A stretch of 55,896 nt of DNA from Solirubrobacterales bacterium (GTDB taxonomy: Bacteria; Actinomycetota; Thermoleophilia; Solirubrobacterales; 70-9), in NCBI GenBank assembly GCA_035605155.1, contig DATNHC010000009.1, positions 1 through 55,896 of the forward strand, given 5' to 3'. A program made the position numbers and the translations under genes. This document shows, one piece after another, positions 26,036 to 34,521 of this stretch. A model generated the notes under the pieces. It was not told the origin of the DNA and searched no databases. It saw only the letters and a program-made list of their open reading frames with translations. The stretch's first letter is position 1. Every line of letters starts with the position of its first letter.

Positions 26036-26710
26036 CTACTCGCCGAGATCGGCGCGCAGGGCGGCCAGCTCGGAGCGCAACTCCGCAACCTCGCCCTCGA
26101 GCCGGGTAAGGCGGTCCTCGGCGGGGGTGAGCTGCTCAGCCGCCGGGCCGCTCGCAGAATCGGCCTGAGCATGAGAACGATCCTCCTCAGGCCCGGCGCT
26201 CGCCGGAACCGTCGCTGCTCCAGCTGAACCGCCACCCAGCAGCTGCTCGAAGCGATCCTCCTTCTGTCCCGGCCGGCGCTCGTGGCGCGCCACCTGGCCA
26301 CGCTCGACCAGTCGGTCGAGCGTCTCCTGGACCGCACCGAGGTCGGCGAAGCGGTGAAGGCGATCGGCGCGCTGCTTCAGCTCGCCCGGCGTCTGCGGCC
26401 CGCGCAGCATCAGCATGGCGAGCAGCGAGATCTCGGCGTCATCGAGACCGAAGGCCTGGTCGAGCAGGTGGCGGTACTTGCGGGCACGGCTGCCGGCGCC
26501 GCTCGCCAGCCGTGTCCAGCCGCGCAAAGCGAGGCGGCGCAGCGCCTCGACCACCGTCGCCTCGTCGTACTCGACCACCGGCTCGCGGTTGGTTGACTGG
26601 TTGCAGGCGAGCCGCAGGGCGTTGAGCGAGAGCGGGTAGGCGTCGGGCGTCGTACGCTGCTTCTCGACCAGGCAGCCGAGCACGCGGATCTCTACGGCGT
26701 CGGGCTCCAT
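26036..26710 (-). CDS. YceH/DUF480-family protein
   Basis: N-terminus EIRVLGCLVEKQRTTPDAYPLSLNALRLACNQSTNREPVV...LMLRGPQTPGELKQR is characteristic of the YceH winged-helix repeats. Coiled-coil C-terminus. Confidence 0.8.
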   Translation of the reverse strand: MEPDAVEIRVLGCLVEKQRTTPDAYPLSLNALRLACNQSTNREPVVEYDEATVVEALRRLALRGWTRLASGAGSRARKYRHLLDQAFGLDDAEISLLAMLMLRGPQTPGELKQRADRLHRFADLGAVQETLDRLVERGQVARHERRPGQKEDRFEQLLGGGSAGAATVPASAGPEEDRSHAQADSASGPAAEQLTPAEDRLTRLEGEVAELRSELAALRADLGE

Positions 26711-26720
26711 CGCTCCTGGC

Positions 26721-27287
26721 TCAGCCCCGATCGGGTCGGTCGGGATAGATCTCGTCGATCGTCACGAGAGCACGGTAGGGGGCACCCGCCGCGGCTTCGA
26801 TCCTCTCCCCCCCGCCGGCGAGACGATCGACGACGCCGACCACGCCGACGACCTCCAGTCCCTGCTCGAGGACCCGCCCGATCGCCTTCGCGGTCGAGCC
26901 ACCGCTGGTCACCGTGTCCTCGACGACGAGGCAGCGGGCCCCCTCCTCTACCGGCCCCTCCACCCAGCGCTGCAACCCGTGCCGCTTGCGCTCGCCGCGG
27001 ACGAAGAAGCCGACCAGATCGGCGCCAGCGGGAACGGCGAGCGCCGCGCAGGCGGGTGGGATCGCAGCGGTGGCCGGGCCACCGACGGCGTTCGCCCCCG
27101 CCTCTGCCGCCGCTGCCGCGATCAGCTCGCCGGCCGCGAGGAACCCCGTGGGACGCAGTAGCGCTCGCCGTGCGTCCACGTAGTACTGGGCCATCGCTCC
27201 GCTTGACAGCGTCACCTCGCCAATCACAAGCGAGTGCTCGCGCAGCTCTGCGAGCAAAGTCTGCTTGGCGGCGGCGAGGTCGGCCAC
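26721..27287 (-). CDS. pyrE: Orotate phosphoribosyltransferase
   Basis: PRPP-binding loop CLVVEDTVTSGGS. Length 188 aa. N-terminal LREHSLVIGEVTLSSG pattern is typical of PyrE. Confidence 0.9.
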   Translation of the reverse strand: MADLAAAKQTLLAELREHSLVIGEVTLSSGAMAQYYVDARRALLRPTGFLAAGELIAAAAAEAGANAVGGPATAAIPPACAALAVPAGADLVGFFVRGERKRHGLQRWVEGPVEEGARCLVVEDTVTSGGSTAKAIGRVLEQGLEVVGVVGVVDRLAGGGERIEAAAGAPYRALVTIDEIYPDRPDRG

Positions 27288-27325
27288 GGGCGCATCCTAT
27301 GAATGCCGTCGGGCCGGCCGGCGAC

Positions 27326-28267
27326 TCAGCCGCGCGCCTCGGGGTCGGCGAAGCCCTGGCGCCAGCTCGGGTAGCGAGGCTGCCAGTCGAGCTCGCGCTT
27401 GGCCTTGGCGTTGGAGGCGCCGCGCAGCTGCGTCGCCATCGTCGCCGCTGCCGGGCCGGCGACGAGACGAGCGAGCCAGACCGGGACTCGGAATGGCTTC
27501 TTAGCACCGACCGCCGCAGTGAAGGCAGGGGTCCACTCGCATCCTGGCCCCGGGTCGTCATCGACGACGTTGTAGACGCCGGGACCGCCCCGCTCGAGCG
27601 CGGCGACGGTCGCGCTGGCGGCGTCCTCGACGTGGACGAAGGAGAAGACACCGGCGCCCTTGCCGACGACGGGCAGGCGCCGCCTATGGGCATCCTCGGT
27701 CAGCGAGCCGTCGCTCGCGTAGTAGGTGCCGGGCCCGTAGAGCCAGCCGTAGCGCAGCACGATCCCCTCTATGCCCTCTGCCTCGAGAACCTGCCGCTCG
27801 AGGTCCTTCAGCGCCGCGACGGCGCTGCCGAACGGTGGCGGCGCGTCGGGGAAGAGCGGCGCCTCCTCGTCCTTGACCAAGTCGCCCTGCGGTGCGTAGA
27901 AGAAAGCGACGCTCTCGACGATCAGGCGGCGGGCGCAGGCGGCGCAGGCGGCGGCGAGCAGGTTGCGTGTGCCCTCGGTGCGCACCCGGTTGGTCGGCGC
28001 CAAGGCATCCTTGTCCCGGTAGTCGAGCCGCGGCGGCAGTGCGGTGAGCAGGTGGACGACCGCCTCCGGCGCCGCCTCACGGACGGCGGACTCCAGCTTC
28101 GCCGCATCGAAGACGTCGCAGACGACCGTCTGTGCTCCGGTGGCGCGGATCGCATCCGCCCGCTCTGCGCTGCGCGTCATCCCAGTCACCTCGTGCCCGT
28201 CAGCAACGAGCTGACGCACCAGCGGCCGCCCGATCGCACCGCTCGCTCCGGCGACGAAGACTTTCAT
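27326..28267 (-). CDS. NAD(P)-dependent epimerase/dehydratase (SDR family)
   Basis: Start moved to the internal ATG 28267 (MKVFVAGASGAIGRPLV, a Rossmann GxxGxxG), forming an ATGA overlap with the upstream stop. Confidence 0.85.
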   Translation of the reverse strand: MKVFVAGASGAIGRPLVRQLVADGHEVTGMTRSAERADAIRATGAQTVVCDVFDAAKLESAVREAAPEAVVHLLTALPPRLDYRDKDALAPTNRVRTEGTRNLLAAACAACARRLIVESVAFFYAPQGDLVKDEEAPLFPDAPPPFGSAVAALKDLERQVLEAEGIEGIVLRYGWLYGPGTYYASDGSLTEDAHRRRLPVVGKGAGVFSFVHVEDAASATVAALERGGPGVYNVVDDDPGPGCEWTPAFTAAVGAKKPFRVPVWLARLVAGPAAATMATQLRGASNAKAKRELDWQPRYPSWRQGFADPEARG

Positions 28268-28677
28268 CCGGGCACCCCTCTTCCAGGCGTCTCTCCGCGC
28301 AGCCGTTCCGATACGCGGGCAAGCCAAGCAGCCGCCACCGCGCCGAAGGCGATCAGCAGAGTGTCGAACCAGCCGCGAGCCTCGCTGCGCGCCTCACCGG
28401 TGTCGAAGGCGTGGTTGATCGCGTGCAAGCCGTACCAGAGGGCACCGAGCCAAAGCAGCGGCGCGCGCCATGACGGCCGCTGCATGGCAACCCCGATCGC
28501 TATCCCGAAGGCAAGCGTGAAGGAGCCGACGTCGCCGACGTAATGCGAGTTCTCCACCCCGTACATGCCGATCTCGTCGAAGAAGGTCCCCGGCGCCAGC
28601 AGCTGCATCAGCCCGAGCACGACGTGATAGATGGCGATGAAGGCGAGAATCGTGCGCAGCGCTCTCTCGCCGATCAT
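28264..28677 (-). CDS. Small four-TM membrane protein, unknown function
   Basis: Four hydrophobic segments (ILAFIAIYHVVLGLMQLL; FTLAFGIAIGVAM; LLWLGALWYGLHAI; LLIAFGAVAAAWLA). Translationally coupled to the epimerase gene. Confidence 0.65.
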   Translation of the reverse strand: MIGERALRTILAFIAIYHVVLGLMQLLAPGTFFDEIGMYGVENSHYVGDVGSFTLAFGIAIGVAMQRPSWRAPLLWLGALWYGLHAINHAFDTGEARSEARGWFDTLLIAFGAVAAAWLARVSERLRGETPGRGVPG

Positions 28678-28685
28678 CGCATCCC

Positions 28686-29690
28686 CTAGAAGACGAAGAT
28701 GTCTTCGCCCAAGTTGATCCGGTTGTAGATCTCGGGCTGGTCAGCGATGAAGGTGCGGATGCAGCCGTGGCTCGCCGGGTAGTCGGGCACGGATTCGTAG
28801 CCGTGCACCGCGTAGCCACCGTAGAAGTAGAACGAGTAGTACATGCCGTGCGAGTTGTAACCCGGTTCGGTGCGGATGAAGGTGAAGTGACCGGTGACCG
28901 TCGGGGTCGACGACTTGCCGGAGGAGATTGGGTAGACGGCGACGGGCTTGTCACCCTTAGCGAAGACCAGGACCTGCTTGCCGAGCGGCACCTCGAGGTG
29001 CTGGCCGGCTCCCCGGTGGCGCACCTTGTAGGCGCCGCGTCCGCTGAAGACACGCTTCACCAGTCCGGCGCCGGCCCGGTAGGTGGCCGCCATGCCGTTG
29101 ACCTTGCGATAGGCGAGCACGCCGCGCGCCGTCTTGCCGCCGAAGCAACGGCCGTCGTTGGTGATGTAGCCCAGCTTGCGCATCGCCTTCTTGAAGCCGA
29201 CGACGACGTTGCCGCACTGGCCTTGGTGCAGGGAGGTGAAGCTGACCCGCCAGCTCTTGCGCACTGTGCTGTCGCCACCCAGGGCCGCGGTAGCCACGTG
29301 CTTGGCGCTGACCGCGTACTTGCCTGCCTCGCGAATCAGGACCTTGGCGCGAAATTTGCCGACACCGCCCTTGCCCTTCTGCAGCTTTACCGTCTTGCGC
29401 TCGATCCGCCTGCCGTTGAGGAAGAACTCGACCTGCACCCGCTGGCCGGCGACGTAGGGCGCCACCGTGCCGATTGCCGGCACCGTGCTGTAGATCGGCG
29501 CCTTGCCCTTGTGAAGGTGGCCGACCTTGACCTTGACGACCGCATCGGGCGGGGCAATCGTCTTGGCCGGCGCCGCAGCACTCGCCGTGGCCGGCAAGGC
29601 GCACAGCGCAGCGGAGAGGAGGAGAGCAAGGCGGCGGCTCACGGGCGCTGAATTCTTACGTATGAGCCGGCCGCCTGACGAAAGAGTCAT
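28686..29690 (-). CDS. L,D-transpeptidase (YkuD) with a peptidoglycan-binding-like domain
   Basis: Catalytic motif HGYESVPDYPASHGCIRT. Signal peptide RRLALLLSAALCALPATASA. The true start may be the in-frame GTG at 29642. Confidence 0.85.
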   Translation of the reverse strand: MTLSSGGRLIRKNSAPVSRRLALLLSAALCALPATASAAAPAKTIAPPDAVVKVKVGHLHKGKAPIYSTVPAIGTVAPYVAGQRVQVEFFLNGRRIERKTVKLQKGKGGVGKFRAKVLIREAGKYAVSAKHVATAALGGDSTVRKSWRVSFTSLHQGQCGNVVVGFKKAMRKLGYITNDGRCFGGKTARGVLAYRKVNGMAATYRAGAGLVKRVFSGRGAYKVRHRGAGQHLEVPLGKQVLVFAKGDKPVAVYPISSGKSSTPTVTGHFTFIRTEPGYNSHGMYYSFYFYGGYAVHGYESVPDYPASHGCIRTFIADQPEIYNRINLGEDIFVF

Positions 29691-29757
29691 TTCTTCGTGA
29701 ATTTAGAGCGACGTGGGGTTGATTTGCGGAAGCGGGCACCTACGTTCGGCGACAGCG

Positions 29758-29849
29758 GAGGGTGAAGCCGCGAGGTCGGGGCGAACGGATGACACCCGTG
29801 AGTTCGGACTGCTGTCCGGATGGGGTTCGAGTCCCCCGCCCTCCGCCAA
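29758..29849 (+). ncRNA. tRNA-like gene, class II (long variable arm), 8/4 acceptor/T-stem geometry, anticodon GAC, discriminator G, CCA encoded (allo-tRNA-like / tRNA-Sec-shaped)
   Basis: Hand fold: acceptor GGAGGGTG/CGCCCTCC (8 bp, one G-U). D-arm GCCGCG-AGGT-CGGGGC (6 bp with one G-G mismatch, 4-nt loop). Anticodon arm ACGG-ATGACAC-CCGT (U33, anticodon GAC, A37). 7-bp variable-arm hairpin TTCGGAC-TGCT-GTCCGGA. T-arm GGGG-TTCGAGT-CCCC. Then G-CCA. Not a canonical isoacceptor, because Val tRNAs are class I. Confidence 0.5.
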
Positions 29850-30020
29850 TGAATTGCTGTGCGCGTGAGAGTCGGAGCGAGGTGCAAATGTCATGCGGCC
29901 TGCGGGGTAGCACCTGCTCAACGAACCGCTCTCACGCCGCAGCGAACTCGGTATTTTGGCTGGTAGCCTTCTTCACCTCACGGGTGTCAGACGATTGCTG
30001 CAGTAGCGGCTTTACCAACG

Positions 30021-30048
30021 GCCCGCTTCGGCGGGCCGTTTCTTTGTC
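30021..30048 (+). terminator. Rho-independent terminator closing the tRNA-like/trailer transcript (also directly follows the stop of the convergent CPBP gene)
   Basis: GGCCCGC-TTCG-GCGGGCC followed by GTTTCTTTGT on the plus strand. The minus-strand reading lacks a T-tract. Confidence 0.6.
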
Positions 30049-30050
30049 CG

Positions 30051-30683
30051 CTACTGCGCCGCCATGGCAACCGAGTTGTTCAGCACGTGCAGGATGATCC
30101 CCGGCACGATCGAGCCGGTCTTCTCGTAGAGCAGGCAGAGCACGAAGCCGAAGGCGATCAGCGGGGGCACGGCGCTGATCCCGGTGGTTGCGTGCAGGGC
30201 GCCGAAGACCAGCGCCGCGACCAGGGCGGCCGCGACCCGCGGCAGGCGCCGGCGCAGCCCGCCGAAGAGGAAGCCGCGGAAGCAAACCTCCTCGCTGATC
30301 GGTGCCGCAATCGCGATCAGCAGGATCTGCACGGGCAGCGTGCCGAAGGCTTCGGCGATGTCCTCCTGTTCGGGGGCGCCGGCGATTGCGACGTAGAGAA
30401 TCGTCAGCCCCAGGTAGCCGCCGACCGCCGCGAACATCCACTTCACCGCCGAGAGTTGAAATCGGCGCAGGCCAAGCTCCTCGGCCGCCTGCCGCACACT
30501 CGCCCCCCGGCCGGCCGCGATCGCAAAGGGCGCCAGCAGGAATCCGAGCGCTGTGCCGAGCTGGACGAAAGCCGTCGCCGTATCGCTCAGATCCCCGTCC
30601 CCCGGACTGTCGGCAATCACCGCCGGGACCGACAACACAGCCCCCGTCGCCAGAGCCAGCAGGACACCGAGCACCCCGGTCAT
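30051..30683 (-). CDS. CPBP-family intramembrane glutamic endopeptidase (CAAX protease-like)
   Basis: Motifs ISEEVCFRGFLF and FGALHA...HVLNN. Multiple TM helices. I prefer the start at ATG 30683 (MTGVLGVLLALATG). The longer track ORF (to 31049) runs antisense through the MscS-like gene. Confidence 0.75.
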   Translation of the reverse strand: MTGVLGVLLALATGAVLSVPAVIADSPGDGDLSDTATAFVQLGTALGFLLAPFAIAAGRGASVRQAAEELGLRRFQLSAVKWMFAAVGGYLGLTILYVAIAGAPEQEDIAEAFGTLPVQILLIAIAAPISEEVCFRGFLFGGLRRRLPRVAAALVAALVFGALHATTGISAVPPLIAFGFVLCLLYEKTGSIVPGIILHVLNNSVAMAAQ

Positions 30684-30744
30684 CGGCCCCCAGCTGGAGT
30701 ACGGAAAGGGCGTCGGCTGTCCCTCCCCCTTTAGTTTGCATCCC

Positions 30745-31161
30745 ATGACGCCCGCAGTCTCCCAAGTCTCCCGCTCGACCAAGACCCGCCTGCGCTTCCT
30801 GCGCCGCCTGCTGATCCTCGTCGTATTCCTCGTCCTCGTCGCGATCGCGCTCAGCCAGTTCACCGAGCTGAAGCGTCTGGCAACTGGCATCCTCGCCTCG
30901 ACCGCGGTGCTGGCGGCGATCATCGGCTTCGCCGCCCAGCACACGATCGGCAACATGGTGGCCGGCGTGCAACTGGCCGTCTCGCAGCCGATCAAGATCG
31001 GCGACCGGGTCAAGTTCGAAGAGACCGAGGGGCGGGTGACCGACATCACCCTCTCCTACACATACGTCGACCCCGGCGACGGCACCGCGGTCGTGATCCC
31101 CAACCAGCTGCTGGTCGAGGGGGTCGTCCACAACCTCTCGACCGAAGACACCCAGGCCTGA
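30745..31161 (+). CDS. Short MscS-like mechanosensitive channel family protein
   Basis: Internal ATG 30745. One or two TM helices, then the pore-lining/beta-domain signature AAIIGFAAQHTIGNMVAGVQLAVSQPIKIGDRVKFEETEGRVTDITLSYTYV. At 138 aa it is much shorter than canonical MscS. Confidence 0.7.
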   Translation: MTPAVSQVSRSTKTRLRFLRRLLILVVFLVLVAIALSQFTELKRLATGILASTAVLAAIIGFAAQHTIGNMVAGVQLAVSQPIKIGDRVKFEETEGRVTDITLSYTYVDPGDGTAVVIPNQLLVEGVVHNLSTEDTQA

Positions 31162-31190
31162 GCCGCGCTGGGCCGAAGTACCCTCTGCCC

Positions 31191-33350
31191 ATGGCGCAGC
31201 GCAAACGGCGACGTCAGCGACGACGCGGTGGCGTGCCCAGCAAGCTGCTCTTCGTCGCCGCCGGTCTCTTCGTCGTCCTGGCCCTGGCCGGGATCGGCGT
31301 CGCCTCCTGGGTGCTCGACGTCGCTGCCGAAGCGCCCTCGCTCGCCACCTGCAAGAAGATCGACCGCGGCGGCAACACGGTTCTCTACGCCGGGAACGGG
31401 ACCAGGCTTGGCCTGGTTGACTCTGACGAAGCGCGCGCGCCGGTGCCGCTCGCGCGCGTGCCGAAGCAATTGCGGCTGGCGACCGTGGCGATCGAGGACC
31501 AGCGTTTCTTCGAGCACGGCGCTCTCGACGCGGAGGGGATCGCGCGCGCCGCCCTGAAGAACCTCGAAGCCGGCGAGACGGTCGAGGGTGGCTCGACGAT
31601 CACCCAGCAGCTGGTTCGCAATCTCTGCATCCGCAATCCCAAGCGCGACCTCGAGCGCAAGATCATCGAGGCAAAGCTGGCGATCGAGTATGCAGAGCGC
31701 TACTCGCGCAAGCAGATCCTCAACCAGTACCTCAATACCGCCTCCTACGGCACCGTCGACGGAGCGACGGCGATCGGCGTCGGGGCGGCGGCCAAGATCT
31801 ACTTCTCCCGCCCGGTCTGGAAGCTCTCGCTGGAGCAGGCGGCACTGCTCGCCGGCCTACCGCAGGCTCCGTCTGAATACAACCCGCTCCTGCACCCGCG
31901 CGAGGCGCGGACCAGGCGCAACGCGGTTTTGGCGAGGATGGCGAAGCTGGGCTACGTCTCTTCAGGGCGCTCGCGGGCGGCGCAGCGCATGGGGCTGAGC
32001 CTCGACGCCTCCGATTCGTACTTCGAGCACCGCGAGCCCTATTTCTTCGACTACGTCGAAGAGCAGCTGATCGACCGCTATGGGGTGGACACGGTGCGCA
32101 ACGGGGGACTCCAGGTCCATACGACCGTCGACCCTCGCCTGCAGGAGGTCGGCCTCGAAGCGATGCGATCCGCTCTCCCCTACTCGACCGATCCCTCCTC
32201 GGCGCTGGTCTCGATCGACCCCGGCGATGGCGAGATCGAGGCGATGGCCTCCAGCTCGAGCTACGAGCAGAGCAAGTTCAACCTTGCCGCCCAGGGCCAC
32301 CGCCAGCCGGGCTCGACCTTCAAGACCTTCGTCCTGACCACCGCGATCCGCCAAGGGATCGATCCCTACTCGACCTATTACACCTCTAAACCGCTTTCCC
32401 TGGACCTGCCCAAGTGGGGCCACTGGGAGGTGCACACCGCCGATGAGGGCTACCAGGGGACGATCAACCTGCAGCAGGCGACGGTCGCCTCCGACAACAC
32501 GGTCTTCGCTCAGCTCGATCTCGACGTCGGGCCGCAACGGGTCGCCGGTACGGCGAAGTCCCTGGGGATCGTCAGCCCGCTCGACGGGATCCCCGCGGAG
32601 GGGATCGGCGGCCTGCGCATCGGCGTCTCGCCGTTGGAGATGGCCAGCGCCTACGCGACCCTCGCCGCCGGCGGTCTGCGCCGGGTCCCGGTGGGCATCC
32701 GCAGGGTGGTCTTCCCCGGCGGGCGCGTGGAGCGTCCCGGCCGCAAGCCCGCGCGCCGCGTGGTCAGCGAGCCGGTCGCCTACGAGGTGACCCGCCTGCT
32801 GCACGACAACATCACCGGCGGCACGGGCACCGCCGCCTACACCGGCTGCCCCGGCCAGGCCGGCAAGACGGGGACCACCGATCGACTCACCGATGCCTGG
32901 TTCGTCGGCTACCAGCCCAACCTGGCGACCGCGGTCTGGGTCGGCTACCCAGAGTCCAACGCGATCGAAATGAGCAGCGTGCACGGGATCACCGTCTACG
33001 GCGGCACCTTCCCGGCCGAGATCTGGCACGCGCTCTACGCGGGGGGCGAAGTCCCCTGCGAGGAGTTCAGCGAGCCAAAAGCATCGATCAGCTGGGCGCC
33101 GTACTACGGGCGCTACTCGGCCGCCGCCCCGAGCCGGGGGAAGCGCGGCGTGTACGGCGGCGCCAAGGAGGAATCCGAACGGGCGCGGGAACTGGGCGAA
33201 GAAGCGACCGGTGGGTACGACCCCGATCGATACGACCCTGACGCCTACGCACCCGGCGCCGGACAGGAACCGACTCCCGTCCCGCCACCGCCCGGCCCCC
33301 CGCCATCGGTCGGCGGCGGCGACACGGCAGACGGCGGAGTGGATAACTGA
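31191..33350 (+). CDS. Class A penicillin-binding protein (bifunctional glycosyltransferase/transpeptidase)
   Basis: GT51 motifs EDQRFFEHGALD and GGSTITQQLVRN. Transpeptidase SxxK-like GSTFKTF. Pro-rich C-terminal tail. Confidence 0.9.
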   Translation: MAQRKRRRQRRRGGVPSKLLFVAAGLFVVLALAGIGVASWVLDVAAEAPSLATCKKIDRGGNTVLYAGNGTRLGLVDSDEARAPVPLARVPKQLRLATVAIEDQRFFEHGALDAEGIARAALKNLEAGETVEGGSTITQQLVRNLCIRNPKRDLERKIIEAKLAIEYAERYSRKQILNQYLNTASYGTVDGATAIGVGAAAKIYFSRPVWKLSLEQAALLAGLPQAPSEYNPLLHPREARTRRNAVLARMAKLGYVSSGRSRAAQRMGLSLDASDSYFEHREPYFFDYVEEQLIDRYGVDTVRNGGLQVHTTVDPRLQEVGLEAMRSALPYSTDPSSALVSIDPGDGEIEAMASSSSYEQSKFNLAAQGHRQPGSTFKTFVLTTAIRQGIDPYSTYYTSKPLSLDLPKWGHWEVHTADEGYQGTINLQQATVASDNTVFAQLDLDVGPQRVAGTAKSLGIVSPLDGIPAEGIGGLRIGVSPLEMASAYATLAAGGLRRVPVGIRRVVFPGGRVERPGRKPARRVVSEPVAYEVTRLLHDNITGGTGTAAYTGCPGQAGKTGTTDRLTDAWFVGYQPNLATAVWVGYPESNAIEMSSVHGITVYGGTFPAEIWHALYAGGEVPCEEFSEPKASISWAPYYGRYSAAAPSRGKRGVYGGAKEESERARELGEEATGGYDPDRYDPDAYAPGAGQEPTPVPPPPGPPPSVGGGDTADGGVDN

Positions 33351-33364
33351 GCCTCGCGCCGGGG

Positions 33365-34438
33365 GTGGCCTATGCCCTCATGTGGGCTGGCTTCCTCGCT
33401 TATCTGGGAGCCCTGGCCTGGGCGCCGCGGATCGGAAGGCGAGTCCTCTGGGGGGCGATCGTCGTGCTCCTCGCGCTATTCGCCTGCCTGCCGCCGCTGC
33501 TCTCCCACGACGTCTACAGCTACGTCGACTACGCCCGGCTCGGGGTGCTGCACGGTCTCGATCCCTACGTCCACACGCCGGACGCGGTCCCCACCGATCC
33601 AGCTTTTGCCGAGGTCACCTGGCCCGACACGACCAGCGCCTACGGGCCGCTCTTCACCCTCGCCACCTACCCGCTCGCCTGGCTGCCGGTCAATGCCGCC
33701 GTCTACGCGCTCAAGGCGGCCTCGGCCCTGGCGGTCCTGGCGACCGCGGCGCTCGTCGCCCGCCTCGCCCCGCTGCGCGGCATCGACCCCTCGCGCGCCG
33801 TGGCTTTCGTCGCTCTCAACCCACTCGTCCTCGTACACGTAGTCGGCGGTCCCCACAACGACGGTCTCGCCGTCTTGCTCATGACGCTGGGAGTCGTCAG
33901 CGTGCTCACTGCGCGTGAGGCGGGTGGAGCTGCCGCGTTGGTGGCGGCATGTGCAACCAAGGTGCCCGCCGCGATCGTGCTCCCCTTCGCGCTGCTCGGC
34001 GCCGCGCGTCGCACACGGCTCATTCTCGGCGCGCTCGCCACCACGGCGCTGGTCGCTCTCGCCGCATACCTCGCCTTCGACTGGAGCTGGCTCGACGCCT
34101 TCGCCCTCGCCGGTGAGAACCAGGGGCGAACGAGCTACATGAGCATCCCGATCACGACGGCCCGCCTGACCGGCCTCGACCCGGACGCAGTCCGCCTTGC
34201 GGCCCTTTCCCTCTACGCCGCCCTCGTCGCCTACCTGCTCGCCTGGACTTACCGCGGTGGCGACTGGCTCCGCGGCGCCGCCTGGGCCACCTTCGCCCTC
34301 CTCCTGGCCACATCCTGGCTCCTCCCCTGGTACCTCCTCTGGCCCCTCCCGCTAGCAGCCCTATCCCGCGACCGAGCCCTCCAGCTTCTGACTCTCGCGC
34401 TGACGGCCTACCAGCTCGGAGCTCGCATCCCGCTGTAG
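33365..34438 (+). CDS. Polytopic membrane protein, GT-C/DUF2029-like glycosyltransferase candidate
   Basis: About 9-10 TM helices. N-terminal loop SHDVYSYVDYARLGVLHGLDPY resembles the mannosyltransferase-like GT-C family. Assignment is by pattern only. Confidence 0.6.
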   Translation: MAYALMWAGFLAYLGALAWAPRIGRRVLWGAIVVLLALFACLPPLLSHDVYSYVDYARLGVLHGLDPYVHTPDAVPTDPAFAEVTWPDTTSAYGPLFTLATYPLAWLPVNAAVYALKAASALAVLATAALVARLAPLRGIDPSRAVAFVALNPLVLVHVVGGPHNDGLAVLLMTLGVVSVLTAREAGGAAALVAACATKVPAAIVLPFALLGAARRTRLILGALATTALVALAAYLAFDWSWLDAFALAGENQGRTSYMSIPITTARLTGLDPDAVRLAALSLYAALVAYLLAWTYRGGDWLRGAAWATFALLLATSWLLPWYLLWPLPLAALSRDRALQLLTLALTAYQLGARIPL

Positions 34439-34521
34439 TCCCCATACCGGGCTGTTACGTCGCATCGTGAGCCGGCGAGGGCAACCTCTCTCGAACGGGC
34501 GGATACTCAAAGTCGTCGCCC

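Noticed and set aside
26692-28543. Long ORFs 26692..27693(-) and 27056..28543(+)
   Set aside because: They overlap pyrE and the epimerase gene out of frame or antisense. Their Arg/Pro/Ser-rich translations are GC-shadow ORFs.
29758-29849. tmRNA (ssrA) 3' tRNA-like domain, because of the T-arm plus ..CTCCGCCA end and a GGGGTTGATTTGCGG string at 29715
   Set aside because: Both acceptor strands lie within 92 nt. There is no room for a ~350-nt tmRNA upstream, because the L,D-transpeptidase CDS starts at 29690 (or 29642). The 5' strand pairing with the CCA end is GGAGGGT at 29758, not the GGGGTTG string. No tag ORF or pseudoknot region is present. A permuted two-piece layout also fails, since no 5' acceptor strand lies downstream of the CCA.
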